The notes under the pieces: generated by a model
What the model was told of the DNA's origin: nothing
Seen by the model: only the letters and a program-made list of their open reading frames with translations
Databases searched by the model: none
Origin: a virus
Lineage: Duplodnaviria; Caudoviricetes
Strand: one strand, 5' to 3'
IMG/VR virus record: IMGVR_UViG_3300012940_000030
Location: 1 to 55,307 of that record
Length of the DNA stretch: 55,307 nucleotides
Shown: positions 45,760 to 54,790 of the stretch, one piece after another
Layout of the letters: each line of letters starts with the position of its first letter
Position numbering within the stretch: position 1 is the stretch's first letter
Made by a program: the position numbers and the translations under genes

Positions 45760-46084
45760 CGCTAAATTCCCGACACACGGCGACAACAACGATTTTCTAG
45801 AAGGCGCACATAACGCCAATAGGTTCACCGCGCGTGATGTTCTGACCTATCTATTTTCTGAGGCCGTCGAGTGGAAGGAAGATGTTGACGGTGACTGTGA
45901 TGACGGCGTGGAGCGCGTGTTCATCACACACCACATCTGCATCAAGAATGGCCTTCTCGACGAACTCTTGGACATGGCGCTAATTCCGCGAGGCCGATAC
46001 GACGAGTCTCCACTACAGCGGTTGCAGAAGGCCGCTGAAGATGACGCCGCCACGTCCTCAACAGACGGGGGCACGGATGTCTGA
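45752..46084 (+). CDS. hypothetical protein
   Basis: AGGAGG RBS. Confidence 0.65.
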   Translation: MSNAKFPTHGDNNDFLEGAHNANRFTARDVLTYLFSEAVEWKEDVDGDCDDGVERVFITHHICIKNGLLDELLDMALIPRGRYDESPLQRLQKAAEDDAATSSTDGGTDV

Positions 46085-46310
46085 CCTCAAGTCACTTCTG
46101 GAAAGAGTGGCGAAGGCTACGGGGCCTGATCATCCTGAGCTTGATGCGGACGATCTCGACACCATCCTCATCATCGCACGCAATGGGCAGAGCGGGCGCA
46201 TCACTCCGAGCGAAGTCGAAGCGCTGGTGGAAGGTTACCGTGCCCTCATAGCACAGCAGGAAGCCAAGGAGGGGACCACCTCAACCAACAGCGATGAGGG
46301 TGGGAGATGA
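46077..46310 (+). CDS. hypothetical protein
   Basis: MSDLKSLLERVAKATGPD.ELD, a common phage N-terminus. Confidence 0.65.
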   Translation: MSDLKSLLERVAKATGPDHPELDADDLDTILIIARNGQSGRITPSEVEALVEGYRALIAQQEAKEGTTSTNSDEGGR

Positions 46311-46606
46311 GCAGCCTCGTATCAATAGAGCCCGATGAGCGCGGGCGATGGCACGTCAACTTCTGGGCCGAGCACCCAAACGAGGAAGGGGTGCCGCCCG
46401 ACGGCTTTGCGACGACCGCGGTAGGCGCGCCGCTCGAACGAGCCGTCACGCTTGCGCAAGAATTCAGGGCGACACGCATCGTGGTCTGGGAGCCGTGTGA
46501 GTATTGCAACGGAACAGGCGAGGATGCCGAGGGTGAGTCCTGTGATGAGTGCGACGACGGCATGATGTGTCGTGACCTTCGTGATCTGGAGACCCTTGGA
46601 CGATGA
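46307..46606 (+). CDS. protein with C-terminal CxxCxGxG zinc finger
   Basis: CEYCNGTG...CDECDDG. Confidence 0.7.
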   Translation: MSSLVSIEPDERGRWHVNFWAEHPNEEGVPPDGFATTAVGAPLERAVTLAQEFRATRIVVWEPCEYCNGTGEDAEGESCDECDDGMMCRDLRDLETLGR

Positions 46607-46830
46607 GCACCCCAGCAGAGCTGATCCGCACGTTACGAGCCAACAATTTCGACGATGCAGCAGACGCCATCGAATGCCTACAGGCACAGGTAGAGGTGCT
46701 GCGAGGTATGATCCGAGAATATCTCGGCGAGTACGACACTCCGGCCAAGGACTACTCCTATCGGCATCAGTGCCGAGAGAAACTCCGCGCAGCCCTCAAC
46801 CAAGCAGGAACGATAGAGGTGGGGAAGTGA
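46603..46830 (+). CDS. hypothetical protein
   Basis: AADAIE.L motif; ATGA coupling. Confidence 0.65.
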   Translation: MSTPAELIRTLRANNFDDAADAIECLQAQVEVLRGMIREYLGEYDTPAKDYSYRHQCREKLRAALNQAGTIEVGK

Positions 46831-47063
46831 GCGCCATCATTCTCAGCCATCCGGCGAAAGCCGCAGAAGAAGTTTGCCACGAAGAGCAGCTTGAAATCTG
46901 GGCCAACGAGATCGTCGGCCGCCTCAGCATCGAGGGCTATCTCCGAGACGACATTTCTTACGATGACGTCATCGACATACACAAATCCATCGCTGATGAA
47001 ATCAAGAGCATCGTGGCGTCCGCGTTCACGCATCCTGAAGCTATGCGCAAGGCAAAGCCATGA
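46827..47063 (+). CDS. hypothetical protein
   Basis: GTGA coupling. Confidence 0.6.
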   Translation: MSAIILSHPAKAAEEVCHEEQLEIWANEIVGRLSIEGYLRDDISYDDVIDIHKSIADEIKSIVASAFTHPEAMRKAKP

Positions 47064-47905
47064 CAGACACCCAAGACGACATGGAACTGGTGGAACTGAT
47101 GCTTGACCGCGGCGATGATGTCGGGGTGCTCGGCGCATTCGAGGCATTGAAAGCAAGCGCAGACCGTCGCGTAGAAGAGGAACGGGAGGCGATAGCCAAG
47201 CTGGCCGAGCAATTCGCGCGCGACATCCCTACCTTTGGAGCAATCCCGGCTGATCCAGTTCTAGCTGCCATTGGGGCTGCTCGCGAACTGGCATCCGCCA
47301 TCCGCTCCCGCAGCAACGCAACTGGTGAAGACAAGGATGGGCCAGATGACAAGTTTTGGGGTAGCGACCGGCACCTAAGCGCACAGCGCAAGGAGAGGGA
47401 TGATGCTCAATTACACGACCAGCTTTGGCAACTGCGCGAGATCATAAAGGCCGTCCGCATCGCAGCAAACAGCGGGGTTCTCGCCGACTTCGCTGGCGAG
47501 CCGTGGTTACGCCGTATTCAGAACATCGACCTGGATCACCCGTCACCCGTACAGACCGGAGCAGTGGGGAGTGTTCCTGAGGGCTGGAAGCTGGTGCCGG
47601 TAGAGCCGACTGACGAGATGTTGGGCGCGGCGCAAGAGCGCCTTTGCGAGATAGCCAACTTCACCAACTTCGACGACTACAATCAGGCAGAAATGTTCAA
47701 GGCGATGCTAGGCGCATCACCATCACCACCAGCACTAGAGGGTGTAGGGGGTGGTCTGGCCGACATCGTGCGCAGGTTCATCCTGTGGGATGACCGCCCA
47801 GCAGGACAAGAACACCTAGACGAGTTTGAATCGATAAAGCGGGATGCACAGCGCACGCTCGCAGAACTCACCCGCTCACCTCAGACTGTAGGGGGTGGGG
47901 AATGA
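47060..47905 (+). CDS. mosaic phage hypothetical protein
   Basis: EREAIA...AIRSR and VPEGWKLVPVEPTDEM modules. Confidence 0.75.
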   Translation: MTDTQDDMELVELMLDRGDDVGVLGAFEALKASADRRVEEEREAIAKLAEQFARDIPTFGAIPADPVLAAIGAARELASAIRSRSNATGEDKDGPDDKFWGSDRHLSAQRKERDDAQLHDQLWQLREIIKAVRIAANSGVLADFAGEPWLRRIQNIDLDHPSPVQTGAVGSVPEGWKLVPVEPTDEMLGAAQERLCEIANFTNFDDYNQAEMFKAMLGASPSPPALEGVGGGLADIVRRFILWDDRPAGQEHLDEFESIKRDAQRTLAELTRSPQTVGGGE

Positions 47906-48144
47906 AACCAGGACCCGCACCGCGCACCAAGCCGTACCACATGGCCAAGTGGATAGACGCTGATGGTAATGTCTCGCCGCTCTGCGCTGACAGCTTTCGC
48001 CCGATCAATTTGCAGCGTGGACTTTGGACCAATCGCGCCGAAGCCGTGACGTGCCCAAAGTGTCTTCGCCGTCTTCGCGCTCTAGAGCCTACCGGGGCCG
48101 GTGCAAACTCTACCAACCCTTCAGTAGATGATGGGAGGGGGTGA
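47902..48144 (+). CDS. small zinc-binding protein
   Basis: H...C...VTCPKC. Confidence 0.65.
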   Translation: MKPGPAPRTKPYHMAKWIDADGNVSPLCADSFRPINLQRGLWTNRAEAVTCPKCLRRLRALEPTGAGANSTNPSVDDGRG

Positions 48145-48551
48145 TGATCATCTGGTGCTGCCAGTGCCAGTCAGACGTCGAAGCGCGGCTTACAAACGGC
48201 GCCGAGGTCTACCCGCACAGACCAGACCTTGCCGATGTTCCTCGCTGGAAGTGCGACGCATGCGGCAACCACGTCGGCACGCATCACAAGACGAACAACC
48301 CGACGCGCCCACTTGGAAACATACCATCGGCCGATCTGAAGCGCGCACGAATTCACATCCATGCGCTCATCGACCCCGCGTGGAAATCGGGCAAGGTTCG
48401 GAGGCGTTCTATCTACGCACATCTGAGTTCAATCATCGGCCGCGAGTACCACACCGGGGAACTGAAAACGGTAGAAGAGGCGCGCATGGTCTACGCGGCG
48501 GCTCGCAAATTTCTCATCACCCATACCGACAAGAGCGAGGGTGCGAAGTAA
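48141..48551 (+). CDS. zinc-finger protein (DUF3268-like)
   Basis: CCQC...EVYPHRPDL...CDAC..HVGTH....PLG. Confidence 0.8.
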   Translation: MMIIWCCQCQSDVEARLTNGAEVYPHRPDLADVPRWKCDACGNHVGTHHKTNNPTRPLGNIPSADLKRARIHIHALIDPAWKSGKVRRRSIYAHLSSIIGREYHTGELKTVEEARMVYAAARKFLITHTDKSEGAK

Positions 48552-49276
48552 TGGCCGAAAACAGCAAAATCGAATGGACCGACCACACCTTCAATCCGTG
48601 GATTGGATGCCAGAAGGTCTCAGCCGGTTGCGACCGCTGTTACGCGGAAGCCATGATGGACCACCGCTATGGCCGCGTGAAGTGGGGGCCGCACGGTGAG
48701 CGTGTGCGCACGTCCGAATCCAACTGGCGCAAGCCATTTCAGTGGAACAAGCAGGCCAAGGCTGAAGGTCGCCGCTATCGGGTGTTCTGCGCCTCGCTTG
48801 CTGACTGGCTCGACAACAAGGTGCCAACGCAATGGCGTGAAGACTTGGCCGTGGTGATCGAAGAGACGCCGCATCTCGACTGGCTATTGCTGACCAAGCG
48901 CATCGAGAACTTCGACAAGCTCGCGCCGTGGCATGCGGGAGCATTGCCGTCAAACGTATGGCTTGGCGTCACAGCGGAAGATCAGGACGCCTATCGTAAG
49001 CGGTGGCCGATACTGAGCCGCCTAGGCGCGAGCATCAACTTCATCAGCTACGAGCCTGCCATTGGTCCACTGGAGCCGTTCGGCAGGCCAGATTGGATCA
49101 TCTGCGGCGGCGAGAGCGGAACCGGCGCGCGCCACATGCAAGCCGAGTGGGCACGTGATGTGATGGCCTACTGCGCTGTCGCGGACATTGCGTTTTTCAT
49201 GAAGCAGATGACGGGAAAGGCTCCGATCCCGGACGATTTGCTGGTGCGGCAGTTTCCTGAGTTGGTGCCAGCGTGA
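48551..49276 (+). CDS. phage Gp37/Gp68 (DUF5131) protein
   Basis: SKIEWTDHTFNPWIGCQKVSAGCDRCYA, LLTKR, WIICGGESG, FFMKQ. Confidence 0.93.
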   Translation: MAENSKIEWTDHTFNPWIGCQKVSAGCDRCYAEAMMDHRYGRVKWGPHGERVRTSESNWRKPFQWNKQAKAEGRRYRVFCASLADWLDNKVPTQWREDLAVVIEETPHLDWLLLTKRIENFDKLAPWHAGALPSNVWLGVTAEDQDAYRKRWPILSRLGASINFISYEPAIGPLEPFGRPDWIICGGESGTGARHMQAEWARDVMAYCAVADIAFFMKQMTGKAPIPDDLLVRQFPELVPA

Positions 49277-49292
49277 GCGAGGGTGCGAAGCC

Positions 49293-49598
49293 ATGAACAA
49301 GACGACAGCATCAGGTGAGGGAGAGGCAATGCAAGCCAACGTCATCCGCGTCGCTGGTCACATCGTCAACCTACCAAACGACCGCTCAGTGTTCCTTTCG
49401 CGCCAAGATGGTTCCTGCTGCATTCAATTCACGAACGGTGACAGGCGCATGCGCCTTAGGCTCTCACCCGAGGCTCTGGACGCCCTCGTGAAGCTCGCCA
49501 CCCAGCCCGACGAGTGCGAACAGTTCTGGGAGGTAGCGGTCCCATTGCACGAAGTGAAAACGCAGTGGGAGCAGTCCCAACCCAACGACACACTCTGA
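49293..49598 (+). CDS. hypothetical protein
   Basis: RBS, in operon. Confidence 0.6.
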   Translation: MNKTTASGEGEAMQANVIRVAGHIVNLPNDRSVFLSRQDGSCCIQFTNGDRRMRLRLSPEALDALVKLATQPDECEQFWEVAVPLHEVKTQWEQSQPNDTL

Positions 49599-49614
49599 AT
49601 AGATGGGAGACGAA

Positions 49615-50214
49615 ATGCGCGATTTTGCCATTCTGGTCTGTGGTGCCGGCAGGTGCGGATCATCCATGGTCATGCAGATGCTGTCTGCCGGTGGCGTTCC
49701 TTGCGCTGGAGCGTTTCCGTCTTTCGAGCCGGATGAATCTGGACACATCCCGCTGAAACAAGATTGGCTGCTGACGCTGCGCGGCAGAGCCGCGAAGGTG
49801 CTTGATCCGCATCGTGGGCTACGGTCATCGCCCGTGCCGCTGCGCGTCATCTGGCTCAACAGAGACCCCAAGCAGCAGGCGCGGTCGCAAGCAAAATTCT
49901 TCCGTGAGTTTCTAGGCGAGTCGTTGCCGCGCAACGCGACACGTAAACTGGCGGCATCGTACTCAGCCGACAAGGCGGCAGCCATGGCAATATTCCGTCG
50001 CCTGAACGCCCCGGTCATGGAGCTGCATTTCGAGCGCATCATCGACATGCCCAGGACGGCGGCTGGGATGATTTCCGACTTCATTTGCGGGTTCGACGAG
50101 GCTTCGGCAGCGGCTTGCGTCCTTCGACGAGACGCAGCATGCGCTCCAGACATGGGAATAGAACTGTCGCTGATAGCCGAAGCGGAGCCGAACACAACCA
50201 CACACTCTGAATAG
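49615..50214 (+). CDS. sulfotransferase-family P-loop protein
   Basis: ILVCGAGRCGSSMVMQML, K, VIWLNRDP...RS, FE.II..P. Confidence 0.75.
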   Translation: MRDFAILVCGAGRCGSSMVMQMLSAGGVPCAGAFPSFEPDESGHIPLKQDWLLTLRGRAAKVLDPHRGLRSSPVPLRVIWLNRDPKQQARSQAKFFREFLGESLPRNATRKLAASYSADKAAAMAIFRRLNAPVMELHFERIIDMPRTAAGMISDFICGFDEASAAACVLRRDAACAPDMGIELSLIAEAEPNTTTHSE

Positions 50215-50226
50215 AGGGGATACGAA

Positions 50227-50667
50227 ATGGATGAAGACACGAAACTGATGCTTCGCATCGCGAAGTGGGGCGCAACCATCATATTCCTGTCCATCGCGGC
50301 GCTGATGGGCGGGTGCCCTTACTACAACGTCTGGCAGCAAGAGCTTACCGGCCGCGCTGAGTTCGCCCGTGCCGAACAGAACCGGCGCATCAAGGTTGAG
50401 GAAGCTCGGGCCGCGCTGGAGTCTGCGAAGCTCAACGCTCAGGCGGAAGTTGAGCGCGCGAAGGGCGCAGCCTTGGCCAACAAGGAACTGATCGAAGGCC
50501 TCGGCGGCGCTGAGAACTATCTGCGCTGGCGCTACATCATGATGCTCGAATCGAACGAGGCCAAGGGCATTCAGCGCGAGGTTATCTACACGCCGTCTGG
50601 CGGGATGTTCCCAATTACCGAAGCTGGTCGGGCAGTGACCCCCACGCAGCCACCTCCGCAGCGTTGA
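50227..50667 (+). CDS. membrane-anchored coiled-coil (band7/SPFH-like) protein
   Basis: TM helix; PYYNVWQQ..G.AE.A...AKGAA.AN..I...YLRW. Confidence 0.8.
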   Translation: MDEDTKLMLRIAKWGATIIFLSIAALMGGCPYYNVWQQELTGRAEFARAEQNRRIKVEEARAALESAKLNAQAEVERAKGAALANKELIEGLGGAENYLRWRYIMMLESNEAKGIQREVIYTPSGGMFPITEAGRAVTPTQPPPQR

Positions 50668-50728
50668 GGTTCGAGATCGATGACCCACACCACCCGCCTC
50701 ACAGTCGTAGAGCAGCAGGAACACTGAG

Positions 50729-50944
50729 ATGGGCAAACCATCAATCACAGAGCAGAGAGAAGCCGTAGAGGCTTTGATCAACGAGGCCGTGGGCCATGGC
50801 GTCTTGGTTGGGCTTGAACCGGCAAAGCAGGCCGTCGTCACGCTATCGTTCATCGAGCGGAATGCGGGCCTAGCGCGCGTGTTGGCGGCAGTGATGAACG
50901 AGTTTCCGGGGGCAGATGTCGTAGAGGACAGAGGGGCTACATGA
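50729..50944 (+). CDS. hypothetical protein
   Basis: Ends FPGA.V. Confidence 0.65.
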   Translation: MGKPSITEQREAVEALINEAVGHGVLVGLEPAKQAVVTLSFIERNAGLARVLAAVMNEFPGADVVEDRGAT

Positions 50945-51282
50945 GGCGGATGGATATGGGGGGTGGTGATAGCGGCGCTCTACTCACCCCAGCGCAGTGC
51001 AGAGAGCGCCTTCCATTTGCGATAAGCGAAAGACGGCTACGTCAGTACCTACGCGCATCGAAGCTGTGCATCGAGCACAGACGCCAACTAGCGATTACCG
51101 ACGCGCGCTGGCCAGAGTTTCTTGATTGGATGTCAAAATGCTCAAGCTCAAGCAGAGGATCGTCAAAACGAAGCGCGGGGAAACCCGCGTCTGGTACATC
51201 AAAGGTACGTGCCCATACACCGGAAGCCCTGTACGCGAAAGCGCAGGCACTGATAGCAGGCACGAGGCAGAGCAGAAACTAG
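50941..51282 (+). CDS. xis: excisionase-like protein
   Basis: LLTPAQC...ISERRLR wHTH; overlaps the int start with a C-S-S-S basic tail. Confidence 0.65.
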   Translation: MRRMDMGGGDSGALLTPAQCRERLPFAISERRLRQYLRASKLCIEHRRQLAITDARWPEFLDWMSKCSSSSRGSSKRSAGKPASGTSKVRAHTPEALYAKAQALIAGTRQSRN

Positions 51283-52286
51283 CCGAGTACCTAGCCCGGA
51301 AGAGGGACGAGGTTATGCTAGGCCCGTCCAACGGCACGGCCCTGTTTGCCGAGGCAATAGCCGAGTACATCGGAAAAATGGGTGAGAGTCGGTTTCTTGA
51401 TCCTCTTCTGGAGAGGTTTGGGAAGATGCGTTTGCGTGACATCGAGGACAAGCATCTCACAGAACTGGGAAACCGCATATACCCCGGCGCCAAGGCATCG
51501 ACACTTGTGCGCCAACTCTATGGACCGATGCAGGCCGTGTGGAACCGGGCCGTTGACGCCAAGATGGTTGGTCCAAGGAAGTTCGCAAAGCCATCTGTTC
51601 CAAAACCGCGATCTGAGGGTGTGACAGAAGACTGGCTGCGCAAACTTGTGCGCGACGGCCTCACAACCGTGCAACAAAGGGCCACGGTGCTATTCATGTC
51701 GTTCTCGGCTTGCCGCTCGGGTGAGGCGTGCGGAATTCTCATCCAGCATTACGACCCCGGCATCGGTCGCATTCTAGTTGTAGACACCAAGAATGAAGAC
51801 CCCCGCGAGATTTGGTTGACGCCACTGGTCAACGAATACCTGCAAGCCATGCTCGCGGAGCGGCTGGCGCGGATGCGGGCTGCGGTAAAAGACGACACCT
51901 TGGAGCTTGATCCTGAAACGCCCCTGTTCGGGTACTCAACTCGATTTTCGATCTGGCACATGGTCGCCCGCGGCTGTGAGCGCGCCAAGATCAAGCACGC
52001 CTCCCCGCACAAGATCGGTCGCCACACGTTCGCCGCTAGGTTCCTGGCAGACGGACACTCGCTGAAGGCGCTGATGGAGGCTGGCGGTTGGCGCAGCGTC
52101 GGGGCCGTTTTAAGGTATTCGCACCTGGAGACATCAAAAGTGCGTCAGGCCGTTGCCCATGTCTCCACGCCTCTGTCAACCCAGCTCGCACTAGAACATA
52201 CGCAGGATTCCACTGTGCCAAAAGTGGGTCACAGCAAGGGCGATGTTCTCACCCCGTTCCCGACTCATAAGAAACAGGCCGGATAA
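51138..52286 (+). CDS. int: tyrosine integrase
   Basis: CRSGE, TKN, HKIGRHTF, GGW, RYSH catalytic residues. Confidence 0.93.
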   Translation: MLKLKQRIVKTKRGETRVWYIKGTCPYTGSPVRESAGTDSRHEAEQKLAEYLARKRDEVMLGPSNGTALFAEAIAEYIGKMGESRFLDPLLERFGKMRLRDIEDKHLTELGNRIYPGAKASTLVRQLYGPMQAVWNRAVDAKMVGPRKFAKPSVPKPRSEGVTEDWLRKLVRDGLTTVQQRATVLFMSFSACRSGEACGILIQHYDPGIGRILVVDTKNEDPREIWLTPLVNEYLQAMLAERLARMRAAVKDDTLELDPETPLFGYSTRFSIWHMVARGCERAKIKHASPHKIGRHTFAARFLADGHSLKALMEAGGWRSVGAVLRYSHLETSKVRQAVAHVSTPLSTQLALEHTQDSTVPKVGHSKGDVLTPFPTHKKQAG

Positions 52287-52447
52287 TGAGAAACCGGGAA
52301 ATGCCTAGGAAACAAAGGCGTTTAATGGTGCTGCGAGAGAGGATTGAACTCTCGACCTCTCCCTTACCAAGGGAGATAGCAGATGCACAAAACACCAGTA
52401 AAATCAACTCATTCACACCACACACAAATGTAGGTGTGCCAAAAGTG
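52214..52447 (+). repeat. TGTGCCAAAAGTG direct repeat (52214-52226, 52435-52447), probable integrase arm sites
   Basis: Identical 13-mers flanking the att core. Confidence 0.65.
52326..52375 (-). mobile_element. attP: attP core identical in form to the 3' half of tRNA-Thr(GGT)
   Basis: Minus strand CTCCCTTGGTAAGGGAGAGGTCGAGAGTTCAATCCTCTCTCGCAGCACCA: anticodon arm, T arm, CCA; no 5' half. Confidence 0.92.
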
Positions 52448-52476
52448 TGCCGTTTGCACAAGCAACTGGTGACGCC

Positions 52477-52656
52477 ATGACCGCCCTCCGCACATTCCTC
52501 GCCTGGGTCTGCTACTGGGCCGGTGATCTCACCTACCGCATTCACGAGCAACTACTGCCAGAGGCCGATTCCATGGCCTGGGGATACCAGAGGCTCATGC
52601 GCTGGTCTTCAAAGTTGCAGGGGAAATCTACCTGCGGTCCGTGGAGGGACGTATGA
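52477..52656 (+). CDS. small hypothetical protein
   Basis: 59 aa, ends GPW. Confidence 0.6.
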   Translation: MTALRTFLAWVCYWAGDLTYRIHEQLLPEADSMAWGYQRLMRWSSKLQGKSTCGPWRDV

Positions 52657-52904
52657 CCTTCGACTTCCCCACCCTCATAGCCATACGCCGCCGTATGGAA
52701 GCCCTGAGAGCCCGTCCGCTCCTATTCCACGACGTGAGGACGCCAGCCCGTCAGGCAGCCCGCATTGACCGCCTAGAGCGATGGTTCGCGCCCTGGGGTC
52801 TGGTCATGACCCAGGACTACTACTTGCCGGATTATCTGAGGGGTATGGCAGGTCTCACAAGCAACTCTAAGCGATACGGGCGCCACTTCAGCGCCATCGC
52901 CTAA
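52653..52904 (+). CDS. hypothetical protein
   Basis: GGAGG RBS, ATGA overlap. Confidence 0.6.
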   Translation: MTFDFPTLIAIRRRMEALRARPLLFHDVRTPARQAARIDRLERWFAPWGLVMTQDYYLPDYLRGMAGLTSNSKRYGRHFSAIA

Positions 52905-52930
52905 CGTGTCGCTCGCTACATGCGTCCCCC

Positions 52931-53128
52931 TCACTTGTTCTTCAAATCAACCGACAGGACGGCCCCGCCGACTAGTGCCTGCCAGTCTGAAGCGTGGTAC
53001 TCGCCGGACTTAACGGTTACGGTATCGCCGGGGGTGGCTAGGGCCAAGGCGCGTGTGATCGTCTTGACCGGAGCATCCTTCGCACCAGAGTTTGAGTCGT
53101 CTCCAGCTGGTGAAACAAACAAGTTCAT
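52931..53128 (-). CDS. stand-alone DUF1565-like fragment
   Basis: FVSPAGDDSNSG....PVKTI..A...A.PGDTV.V..G.Y; AAGGAGG RBS. Confidence 0.7.
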   Translation of the reverse strand: MNLFVSPAGDDSNSGAKDAPVKTITRALALATPGDTVTVKSGEYHASDWQALVGGAVLSVDLKNK

Positions 53129-53138
53129 AGCGGCCTCC

Positions 53139-53363
53139 TTATCTGTCGGTCGAATTCTGCAAATACTCGCGGCCAGCGTCGGTGATCGACACTTCCTCGA
53201 TGTCCCATTCCTTGCCGTTGCGCCACTCCGTATATCGGCGGGTGATGCACGCATGCCCCGCGGTGATTAGCGGCTGGACCGTCATCAACGGCTGCGAGCG
53301 CAGTTGCACCGCTGGCTTCTCAGCCAGCAATCGCAACGAGCGAAGTGACGACACTTGGGCCAC
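53139..53363 (-). CDS. small wHTH-like protein
   Basis: ITDAGREYL; AGGAG RBS. Confidence 0.65.
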   Translation of the reverse strand: MAQVSSLRSLRLLAEKPAVQLRSQPLMTVQPLITAGHACITRRYTEWRNGKEWDIEEVSITDAGREYLQNSTDR

Positions 53364-53372
53364 CTAACTCTC

Positions 53373-53597
53373 CTATGTGGACTCGGTTGGATTGCGCAAA
53401 GCGTCGAGGGCGGCTGTGATCGCCTTGGCGCGAGACTTTCCGGTTTGCGCGTAGACCAGCAAACCATTCAGCGCGCCCTCAAGCTCCCACACGCGCCGCT
53501 GCAATGCGATGTTCTTTTCCTCAACGGCGCGCAGCGACTGCCGCCGCGTTCGTGTGCGGTCTCGGCTGTTGCTGGCGCCTGCCCCGGCAGTCGGCAT
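53373..53597 (-). CDS. hypothetical protein
   Basis: AGGAG RBS. Confidence 0.6.
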   Translation of the reverse strand: MPTAGAGASNSRDRTRTRRQSLRAVEEKNIALQRRVWELEGALNGLLVYAQTGKSRAKAITAALDALRNPTEST

Positions 53598-53697
53598 TCT
53601 CGGCTCCTATGTTGACTACAGTGCCGATATTTCTATGCGACACTGGCCCCTGGTGGGGTCTTAGACGTGGATCGCTTGCGCGAGAGCCACACACTCC

Positions 53698-53895
53698 TTA
53701 CGTTCCCATGCCGCCCATTGCGGCGTTCCAACCGTCCGTGCGTGCCTTGTCCAAGGCTTCGCCAATGGCTCTGACGTGCTCCGCTTCAAGCGCGGGGAAT
53801 TTTGCCTCACCGCTAATGCGACGAAGCTCACCCCATAAATCGAGGATCGGCTTTACGGGGCCCCGTAGCTTATCTACCTCTTCGCCAACCGTCAT
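53698..53895 (-). CDS. hypothetical protein
   Basis: AAGGAG RBS. Confidence 0.65.
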   Translation of the reverse strand: MTVGEEVDKLRGPVKPILDLWGELRRISGEAKFPALEAEHVRAIGEALDKARTDGWNAAMGGMGT

Positions 53896-54099
53896 TTGTT
53901 GCTCCTTTTTAAGACAGCGCCAGATCGACTGCGTACCACCACAGCAGTAATCGCTTGCGCCACGTCCAAACCTTCACGCCTCGACTGAACACACGCCGCA
54001 ATACCGCGTGGTGGTAGCCGACGCGAAACCAAAGCGACCGCCTCCGCAGTACCGGTCTCATACTCGATGCGTCGATAACCGCGGTCACGGTCGGCTCCT

Positions 54100-54303
54100 T
54101 TATGTTTCCAGCAGGTCTTCTGCGAAGTCTGCGACGATCTCTTTGGCGCGGGCTAAGTTCGCCGCTTCCTTCTCAGTGATGGGAGGGCTTTCACACGTAC
54201 ACGAGAGGTGCCGCGCCTCAACGTCGCCAGCAAGTAGCCACAGCGCTTCGTGCGCCTGGCGCAGCAGGCCGTCGAGCACCTTGATCTCTTCCAATCGGGT
54301 CAT
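54100..54303 (-). CDS. hypothetical protein
   Basis: TAAGGAG RBS. Confidence 0.65.
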   Translation of the reverse strand: MTRLEEIKVLDGLLRQAHEALWLLAGDVEARHLSCTCESPPITEKEAANLARAKEIVADFAEDLLET

Positions 54304-54312
54304 GGTCGCTCC

Positions 54313-54552
54313 TTATTCGGACGTTGATTTACGAAAATCGCCAGGCTCCGCATCGCAGTCCGATGTGGTCACGAGTTTTCCCTTCTCGATCCCGAACCAA
54401 ACCACCTGTCGATAACCGTCCTTCTCGATGCCGAGCCACCAACTTTTCTCGCTCATCTGTTCAAGGTGCACGAAGGCGCCAGAAGCGACAACTTCGTCAA
54501 GAGAGCCGTCGCCGTTGCGGCGGACCTCGATCTTGTCTTTCGGGCTATCCAC
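54313..54552 (-). CDS. hypothetical protein
   Basis: LDEVVA....VHLEQM....WWLG; TAAGGAG RBS. Confidence 0.7.
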   Translation of the reverse strand: MDSPKDKIEVRRNGDGSLDEVVASGAFVHLEQMSEKSWWLGIEKDGYRQVVWFGIEKGKLVTTSDCDAEPGDFRKSTSE

Positions 54553-54566
54553 TCGACGCTCCTTAT

Positions 54567-54788
54567 CTAGCTTGCCGATTTCGGCAAATCCTCATCGTCA
54601 GCGTAGCCCACGCGACCGATGTGCTGGCCGCAAGCAGCACACCGAACGAGGGGAAAATTGCTGGCTCCAACGAACGTATGCGTGAAGGTCTTGTTGCGGC
54701 AGGTCTTGCACGCGAGGAAGTCCATGCAGTCCGTCACTAGCTCGTCGGACTTGAACTTCAGATAGATGACGTTCTCACCGTCTGACAT
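54567..54788 (-). CDS. zinc-ribbon protein
   Basis: CKTC.NKTF...CAACG. Confidence 0.7.
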   Translation of the reverse strand: MSDGENVIYLKFKSDELVTDCMDFLACKTCRNKTFTHTFVGASNFPLVRCAACGQHIGRVGYADDEDLPKSAS

Positions 54789-54790
54789 GA

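Noticed and set aside
52326-52375. Complete tRNA-Thr gene
   Set aside because: The D arm and 5' acceptor strand are missing; it is an att core
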